DNA from: Octopus bimaculoides
Taxonomy: Eukaryota
DNA length: 41,870 nucleotides
Direction: 5' to 3'
NCBI RefSeq assembly: GCF_001194135.2
Contig: NC_068988.1
Location: forward strand, 13,946,829 to 13,988,698
Shown: in pieces, positions 34,580 through 41,870 of the stretch
Layout of the letters: the number at the start of each line of letters is the position of its first letter
Position numbering within the stretch: position 1 is the first letter of the stretch
Made by a program: the position numbers and the translations under genes
Notes under the pieces: model-generated
Seen by the model: only the letters and a program-made list of their open reading frames with translations
Told to the model about the DNA's origin: nothing
The model's database searches: none

Positions 34580-35154
34580 GTATATATATATACATATATA
34601 TACATAGATAAAATTAAATAGACAGATACAATTGACAATCCAATAATTTATCTATATTATAACATAATATACTATGGATACAATACAACATAATATGAGA
34701 AAACATATCAATTATTAAGACATCAAAATGCCAACAATTCTTTTTCGACTTATATACATTTTTTGATATATAAATAATTCCCTTATATATGTCTTTTCAC
34801 AGGCAGAGTTTAAAGATAGATGAAATTGCGTGTGAAAGGATGGCTGGATTGTAAAAAATGAATTCAAATGCCTATTTATTATGAGCGTGAGCGTTAGCTA
34901 TTCAATTTACATATCAATTACAATTAAAAACAACAAAAAATTATAACGAACAAAATAATTAAGTATAATCTACAACTATCGAAATATATTTCTATGTCTC
35001 AAAAAATATTAATCCAAACTCGTTTATGTCTAAGAGAATCTTACAACAATACAACATACAACAATATTATATATGTGTATATAATTAAGTATCAGGGTCT
35101 TGCTTTATCTAGAACTAATATAACGTGTAAGAAATACAAATGATAATTATATCT

Positions 35155-35354
35155 CTTTTACTTGTTTCAGTCATTTGACTGCGGCCATGCTGGAGCACCG
35201 CGTTTAGTCAAGCAAATCGACCCCAGGACGTATTCTTTGTAAGCATAGTACTTATTCTATCGGTCTCTTTTGCCGAACCGCTAAGTTACGGGGACGTAAA
35301 CACACCAGCATCGGTGTTGGGGGGGACAAACACAGACACACAAATATATACTCA

Positions 35355-35410
<56 letters not shown>

Positions 35411-35574
35411 CGATGGGCTTCTTTCAGTTTCCTTTTACCAAATCCACTCACAAGTCTTTGGTCGGCCCGAGGCTATAGGAGAAGACACTTGCCCAAGGTG
35501 CCACGCAGTAGGACTGAACCCGGAACCATGTGGTTGGTAAGCAAGCTACTTACCACACAGCCACTCCTACGCCT
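35155..35574 (-). mobile_element. Full-length family B tRNA-derived SINE with central (TA)(TG) microsatellite and 14-bp TSD
   Basis: Minus strand begins AGGCGTAGGAGTGGCTGTGTGG (A-box-like) and GGTTCAGTCC (B-box); TSD TGATAATTATATCT at 35141-35154 and 35575-35588. Confidence 0.95.
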
Positions 35575-36379
35575 TGATAATTATATCTTTAAAACTTAAT
35601 GAATCTTCTATCTATATAAAGCTATTGATATAATAAAAATATTGTTTAAAGTAACTAATTAGAATGTTCTATAATTATTTTTTACAGGAGTGATAATTCC
35701 GTAATAAATATGAAGATAAACTTATGGCTGTAAACACTATAACCTAAATATCCAATAGAAACAGAGTTAGGCTATAATAATGGACATCAACGTATTACAA
35801 ATTTTTTAGAAGTTACCGGATTTAGAGTTACTTAAATAAAGAATATTATTCGTATATCATAGAACTCTGTAAATAAGTAAAAATTAAGTTATTTAACAAA
35901 AATAGTTTTAAGGATTGCTTACGATAAAATAATTAATATTATTATTTTAAAATTAAATGACTATAAATATAATATATACGAATTTTATTAATTCTCTCAG
36001 AATTAACTAAATAATATTGTTATAACAAACATACAAGTTATAAACGATACAATACTATAATAATTATTTTGGTTATTAAATTTACTTATGTAGTCAAATA
36101 AACTATTTATCTATTATCATCATTATTATCATTATCATAATTATCATCAATTAATTAATGGATAAAATGAATGTATTTATACGTTTATTCATTTAGGATA
36201 ATGAAGACATTTTATTTGTAATATGTAATTAATCTTAATACTAATATAGTAATGTATATAACAGTAACTACAAGAATAGCATTAAAAGGAATCAAATTTT
36301 TAATTAATCCACTAACAATTAATTTTCCAAACTCATTATTAAAATATAGAGTAAGATGACAAAACTTAAAGATATACTT

Positions 36380-36440
36380 ATGTATAGACACACACACACA
36401 CATACATATATACATACATGCATACTTACATACATACATG

Positions 36441-36531
<91 letters not shown>

Positions 36532-36533
36532 GC

Positions 36534-36572
<39 letters not shown>

Positions 36573-36960
36573 TACATACGCTCACATATGCATATATATA
36601 TAAACATACACATACATGAATATATGCACATAGACATACTGATATACACACAAATACACGTATACACATATATAAATACCCATATGACGAATGTCCTCCT
36701 AAAATTGGAGCGACATGCGTGCTAATTTGTGGACGTGCATAAATTACATTCACGTACACACACACACATCCTGCCTTTTATATATACAAATATAGATACA
36801 TACGCACGCACATACATACGCACACACATATATACACAGACACATACACGCAAAAACACACATATACGCATAACGAGACAGTGACAGCACCTAATAAATA
36901 CAAACAATATGTACTCATGTATGCAAACACATAAATGCACACACAAAAATATATGATTAT
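36380..36960. repeat. (CA)/(TA)/(TACA) microsatellite complex
   Basis: Visible repeats; explains the poly-YI/CV ORFs. Confidence 0.93.
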
Positions 36961-37298
36961 TCATATATAGATAAACATATACACATATAAATGGACAAAT
37001 ACAAGTACAAATATAAACACTTAATAAAAGTTTCTAACCAAATATTTAGAATAGTGTCTACAAGATAGAACACTCTCACATCTTTCATTAAGCAATTTCT
37101 TCTTAGATGTTAATATCTGGTATAAGTATGCAGCACGCACGTGTGATTTCGGTACGTATTAGCTATATAATTATACATTGTCTTAGCGATCCCACTGACG
37201 AAGTACGGATGACAAATTAATTTATTTGTTTATTAATACAGAAACTCGAGTTTTGGGTTAACTATAAATAATTTTTTTTTCATTCTCTTTGAAATTAC

Positions 37299-37352
37299 CT
37301 TTTCACGTGGTTTGGATTTGGATGCATTTTCTAGCATGTAAGGGTCGCCTCT
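37299..37352 (-). CDS. Candidate 54-nt phase 0-0 exon
   Basis: Acceptor TATTTATACACAG|, donor AAG|GTAATT; the only open frame reads RGDPYMLENASKSKPREK. Confidence 0.27.
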
Positions 37353-37495
37353 CTGTGTATAAATACTTATACACTCTTATATATGAAAACATGTTGTCTA
37401 TTGACTTTTGTTACGCATGCTAGCTACCGGTATGAAATTAAAAAAAAAAATTTCTACCCTTATAATTTTCACAGTATATATATATGCATATATTT

Positions 37496-37707
37496 ATGTG
37501 TGTATGTCTGTGTTTGTCCCCGCCCCGCTAGCACTTGACAATCGATTCTGGTGTGTTTATATCCCCGTAACTTAGCGGTTCGGCAAAAGAGTGCAATAGA
37601 TTAAGTACTAGGCTTACAAAAAATAAGTCCCAGAGCCAAATTCATGAAGCTGGTGCTCCAGCACGGCCGCAGTAAAATTACTGAAACATGTAAAAGAATA
37701 AAAGAAT
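37496..37707 (+). mobile_element. Family B SINE 3' half
   Basis: TGTGTTTGTCCCC...CTGGTGTGTTTATATCCCCGTAACTTAGCGGTTCGGCAAAAGAG...GGTGCTCCAGCACGGCCGCAGT...CTGAAACATGTAAAAGAATAAAAGAAT. Confidence 0.9.
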
Positions 37708-37744
37708 TGGTAAACAGCAACACGGATCAGGAAACTGTTTTGCC

Positions 37745-38256
37745 TTTTTACTTGTTTTAGTATTTGGAGTGCGGCCATACTGGGGCACTGCCTTAAAGAA
37801 TCTCATACTACAAATCGACCTTAATAATTATTTTCATTATAAACTTGGCATTTATTTTATCTACCTGTGTTTGTTGAACCGCTAAATTATGCGAACTTAA
37901 ACCATTATGGTTGTCAACCGGTTGTGAGGGACAAACAGAAACACAAAGACACACACACACACGCACGCAAACACACACACACACGCACACACACACACAC
38001 ATACTCTCACACACTCACACATATTTACACACACACACTCACACATATTTACACACACACACTCACAAAATACACACACATACACATATATATGTGTATA
38101 CGACGGGCTTCTTTCAGTTTCCGTCTCCCAAATTCGCTCACAAGGCTTTGGTCGGCCCGAAGCTATAGTAGAAGATACTTGCCCAAGTTGTCACGCAGTA
38201 GGACTGAACCTGGAATCAAGCGGTTGAGAAGCGAACTTTTTATCAGACAGCCATAT
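37745..38256 (-). mobile_element. Full-length, older family B SINE
   Basis: Collinear with 35155-35574 including the expanded central (CA)n. Confidence 0.88.
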
Positions 38257-38581
38257 CTCTTCGTGGATGTTATAAATATCGTCGTTCTTCGCAGCTTTAC
38301 CTATAGGTAGTACATATATAAATAAATACATACTTACGTAAAGATGTATATGCGTGTGCGTGTATGTGTGTGTGTGTGTGTGTGTACAAGCATATGAAAT
38401 ATATATGTATGAATGTATGTGTGTGTGCGCGTGCATATATATGTGTGTGAATATATAAACATTTATATACATATATATACATACATATACAGAGAGCAAG
38501 GGGGAGAGAGAGGAGTGCGAGGGAGAGAGAAAAAAGGAAGGTGTATTATATGTAAGTATATATATTACATAAAGCTAACAG

Positions 38582-38621
38582 GTACACAAATAAACTTTCT
38601 GCTCTGGCACACGCACATAAG
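38582..38621 (+). CDS. Candidate 40-nt exon
   Basis: GCTAACAG|...AAG|GTAAGT; two frames open (YTNKLSALAHAHK or TQINFLLWHTHI); no real pyrimidine tract. Confidence 0.18.
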
Positions 38622-38719
38622 GTAAGTATTAACCTATGTAGTGACAAGATGCTTATTCATCGTCTCTCTCTCTCTTTCCCCCCTCTCAGCCTCTCTCTCT
38701 GTGTATATGTATGTATGTG

Positions 38720-38750
<31 letters not shown>

Positions 38751-39249
38751 GTGTTTGTGCGTATATTTTAACATATACGCCTGTACGAATAAGCCTTCAG
38801 TTGTTGCCTAGATGTCGTTCATGATTTTTTTCCAGTGATGTAAACGTAGTATTAACTGTTCTCATATTTATTATATCACACCGCTAAGACAAACCAATCT
38901 CTACCGTCATATCAAAAAATCTGTCAATACTCGTTTGTTTGCTTCCTTCCCACTTATATCAGTTTACAGTTTACATTAGTTAAAGCTGGACACACCAATA
39001 CATTACTAGCCGTCTCACTTCACCATACACCGCCATTTTTCTTAGAGTTCGACGTTCTCAATCATGATAGAAATAAGCACAGAAGTTGAACACTAGTTTT
39101 AGTAAGTGTCCAAACAATTCACTTTACATGAGTCATTGTAAATTGATCTGATAGAAATAGAAACCGAATTTCTATCAATTCACACGATGCCGTTTCAAAT
39201 AAGTAAAGAATATATAGTTATAGACGTATTTATAAAAGGACGGAGGGGT

Positions 39250-39410
39250 CCGTTTTTACGTTCCGAATTAAAATTCCGCCGAGGTTGACTTTGCTTTCAT
39301 CCTTTCGGGGTTGATAAAATAAATACCAGTTGAGCTCTACAATCGATGTAATCGACTTAACACCTTCCCCGAAATTGCTGGCCTTGTGCCAAAATTTGAA
39401 ATCAGTATTT
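39250..39410 (+). mobile_element. 5'-truncated family A SINE
   Basis: AATTCCGCCGAGGTTGACTTTGCTTTCATCCTTTCGGGGTTGATAAAATAAATACCAGTTGAGC...GGCCTTGTGCCAAAATTTGAAA. Confidence 0.88.
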
Positions 39411-39961
39411 TTGTAACTTCTACTTTTTCCTACAACCTTTCTCTCCCAACTACCTCTCTATCGTTTCCTCTCCGTATATTTACGATATTCTGTCCCTTCT
39501 AATTTGGAGGTCAATACTGACCTTACCCTGTTATGAGTGACACCCTCTGATCTAAATAAAAGAAAAACTACGGGAACACNNNNNNNNNNNNNNNNNNNNN
39601 NNNNNNNNNNNNNNNNNNNNNNNNNNNNNNNNNNNNNNNNNNNNNNNNNNNNNNNNNNNNNNNNNNNNNNNNNNNNNNNNNNNNNNNNNNNNNNNNNNNN
39701 NNNNNNNNNNNNNNNNNNNNNNNNNNNNNNNNNNNNNNNNNNNNNNNNNNNNNNNNNNNNNNNNNNNNNNNNNNNNNNNNNNNNNNNNNNNNNNNNNNNN
39801 NNNNNNNNNNNNNNNNNNNNNNNNNNNNNNNNNNNNNNNNNNNNNNNNNNNNNNNNNNNNNNNNNNNNNNNNNNNNNNNNNNNNNNNNNNNNNNNNNNNN
39901 NNNNNNNNNNNNNNNNNNNNNNNNNNNNNNNNNNNNNNNNNNNNNNNNNNNNNNNNNNATG

Positions 39962-40053
<92 letters not shown>

Positions 40054-40564
40054 GTCACAACATATACAGCAGCAGGAATATAAACATAGACACATATACA
40101 CAGTATGGGTGTGCACATACTCTGCTTAGCATTATGCTAGTGGCTCCGGTGACGAATACCATTCTTTGAATGCTACTGTAAGGGCTGTAAATGTTAGGTG
40201 GGCGAGCCTACACTATCAGAAGTCTTTGGAATATTTCCGCAATTTTCTATGTAGAAAATGTCAAGTTATGATTAATGATTAATAACTAAGGAACCATGAG
40301 AATTCTTCTGTTTCAATGCTAATGCGGGGAATACCCCAGTCTCTTGTCTCTTAGTACTCTGACGTCATACAAAACACTTTTATTTATCTTTCATTAATTT
40401 TCTCTTCTTTCTTCTTTCCTTTTCTTCTTTCTATGAGTTACTGTGGCAGTCTTTGACTTAATCATTTTTGCTTTGTTTCTTCCATTTACATATGCATCTT
40501 TCTACTTATATATTTCTATTCATTTTTCTGTCTGTCTGTCTGTCTGTCTCTTTCTCTCTCTCTC

Positions 40565-40618
<54 letters not shown>

Positions 40619-41515
40619 NNNNNNNNNNNNNNNNNNNNNNNNNNNNNNNNNNNNNNNNNNNNNNNNNNNNNNNNNNNNNNNNNNNNNNNNNNNNNNNNNN
40701 NNNNNNNNNNNNNNNNNNNNNNNNNNNNNNNNNNNNNNNNNNNNNNNNNNNNNNNNNNNNNNNNNNNNNNNNNNNNNNNNNNNNNNNNNNNNNNNNNNNN
40801 NNNNNNNNNNNNNNNNNNNNNNNNNNNNNNNNNNNNNNNNNNNNNNNNNNNNNNNNNNNNNNNNNNNNNNNNNNNNNNNNNNNNNNNNNNNNNNNNNNNN
40901 NNNNNNNNNNNNNNNNNNNNNNNNNNNNNNNNNNNNNNNNNNNNNNNNNNNNNNNNNNNNNNNNNNNNNNNNNNNNNNNNNNNNNNNNNNNNNNNNNNNN
41001 NNNNNNNNNNNNNNNNNNNNNNNNNNNNNNNNNNNNNNNNNNNNNNNNNNNNNNNNNNNNNNNNNNNNNNNNNNNNNNNNNNNNNNNNNNNNNNNNNNNN
41101 NNNNNNNNNNNNNNNNNNNNNNNNNNNNNNNNNNNNNNNNNNNNNNNNNNNNNNNNNNNNNNNNNNNNNNNNNNNNNNNNNNNNNNNNNNNNNNNNNNNN
41201 NNNNNNNNNNNNNNNNNNNNNNNNNNNNNNNNNNNNNNNNNNNNNNNNNNNNNNNNNNNNNNNNNNNNNNNNNNNNNNNNNNNNNNNNNNNNNNNNNNNN
41301 NNNNNNNNNNNNNNNNNNNNNNNNNNNNNNNNNNNNNNNNNNNNNNNNNNNNNNNNNNNNNNNNNNNNNNNNNNNNNNNNNNNNNNNNNNNNNNNNNNNN
41401 NNNNNNNNNNNNNNNNNNNNNNNNNNNNTGCCACAAAGATGATAAATGATGAAGGTAAGGTAACTAATCGGGAATTTCGAAAAGTCACTGTCAAATATTT
41501 GCTTTCACACACACA

Positions 41516-41557
<42 letters not shown>

Positions 41558-41613
41558 CATAATTGGTGGCTGTCTAATCGTTAGACAAGCGTGATCATCG
41601 CAGACTGGTAGTG

Positions 41614-41733
41614 TCAGCATTGCCAGTGCAAGGTTTTTGAGTCGAGTGCGGTTTGCACATTAACGTAAGGACTCCCACTAGTAATACCAAAGAACCCAGA
41701 GACAAGCAAAGCGCAAAATATCCGGCTCAGCAT
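41614..41733 (-). CDS. Candidate 39-aa signal-peptide sORF or first coding exon
   Basis: MLSRIFCALLVSGFFGITSGSPYVNVQTALDSKTLHWQC*, A at -3 of the ATG; signal-peptide-like first 20 aa; only a weak donor (TAC|GTTAAT) after SPY. Confidence 0.25.
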   Translation of the reverse strand: MLSRIFCALLVSGFFGITSGSPYVNVQTALDSKTLHWQC

Positions 41734-41870
41734 AGTAGTTGGTGTTATATACGAGTTAACCTCTCTCTTGAAATATTTCTGGACAAAGACCAGGGGTTCC
41801 CCCACTCCCGGTGGCTTCACTGCATACTACTTACATACATACATATATGTATGTATATATATATATGTAT

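Larger units (their letters stand above)
5073..41428. other. Ten assembly gaps: 5073-5397, 14724-14784, 21976-22837, 25499-26326, 27014-27170, 28603-28913, 32520-33090, 33608-34251, 39580-39958, 40619-41428
   Basis: N runs, each abutting a microsatellite on at least one side; about 4.9 kb unseen. Confidence 0.99.

Noticed and set aside
3186-38065. Short minisatellites (CATTGGAGTAC x3 near 3186-3230; 17-bp unit x3 at 12676-12726; TAGTTATACAAGTA-like x3 near 24614-24660; about 24-bp unit x2 near 38006-38065) as CRISPR-like or regulatory arrays
   Set aside because: Contiguous slippage duplications without unique spacers, in a eukaryotic context.
2330-39410. tRNA-like A-box/B-box segments as tRNA genes
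   Set aside because: They are heads of SINEs, continue into family-specific bodies and lack intact cloverleaf stems.
4958-41620. All ORFs containing long X runs (200-380 aa)
   Set aside because: Artefacts of reading through N gaps and flanking dinucleotide repeats.

Overview
AT-rich, microsatellite-saturated eukaryotic draft scaffold with ten N gaps (about 4.9 kb in total). The repeat families look like those of an octopus (inference from recognised tRNA-derived SINE families and genome texture). No complete, recognisable protein-coding gene, rRNA, true tRNA or CRISPR array is present, and nearly all long ORFs in the track are microsatellite or gap artefacts. Well-supported content: about 25 copies or fragments of three tRNA-headed SINE families, three RTE-clade LINE relics (two apparently 5'+3' bipartite, one with three C2H2 fingers), a rearranged fold-back mariner nested inside a SINE, and a Penelope-like RT fragment missed by the ORF track. 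The best leads are (1) a ~325-nt highly structured element carrying a type I hammerhead ribozyme core (31637-31960), with a decayed relative at ~800-875; (2) two paralogous, frame-preserving phase 1-1 exon-like modules on the minus strand 11.4 kb apart (15838-15933 and 27243-27356); and (3) a 54-aa signal-peptide/KR sORF at 8113-8277 plus several short exon candidates. All gene-model calls are hand-read hypotheses that need RNA-seq.
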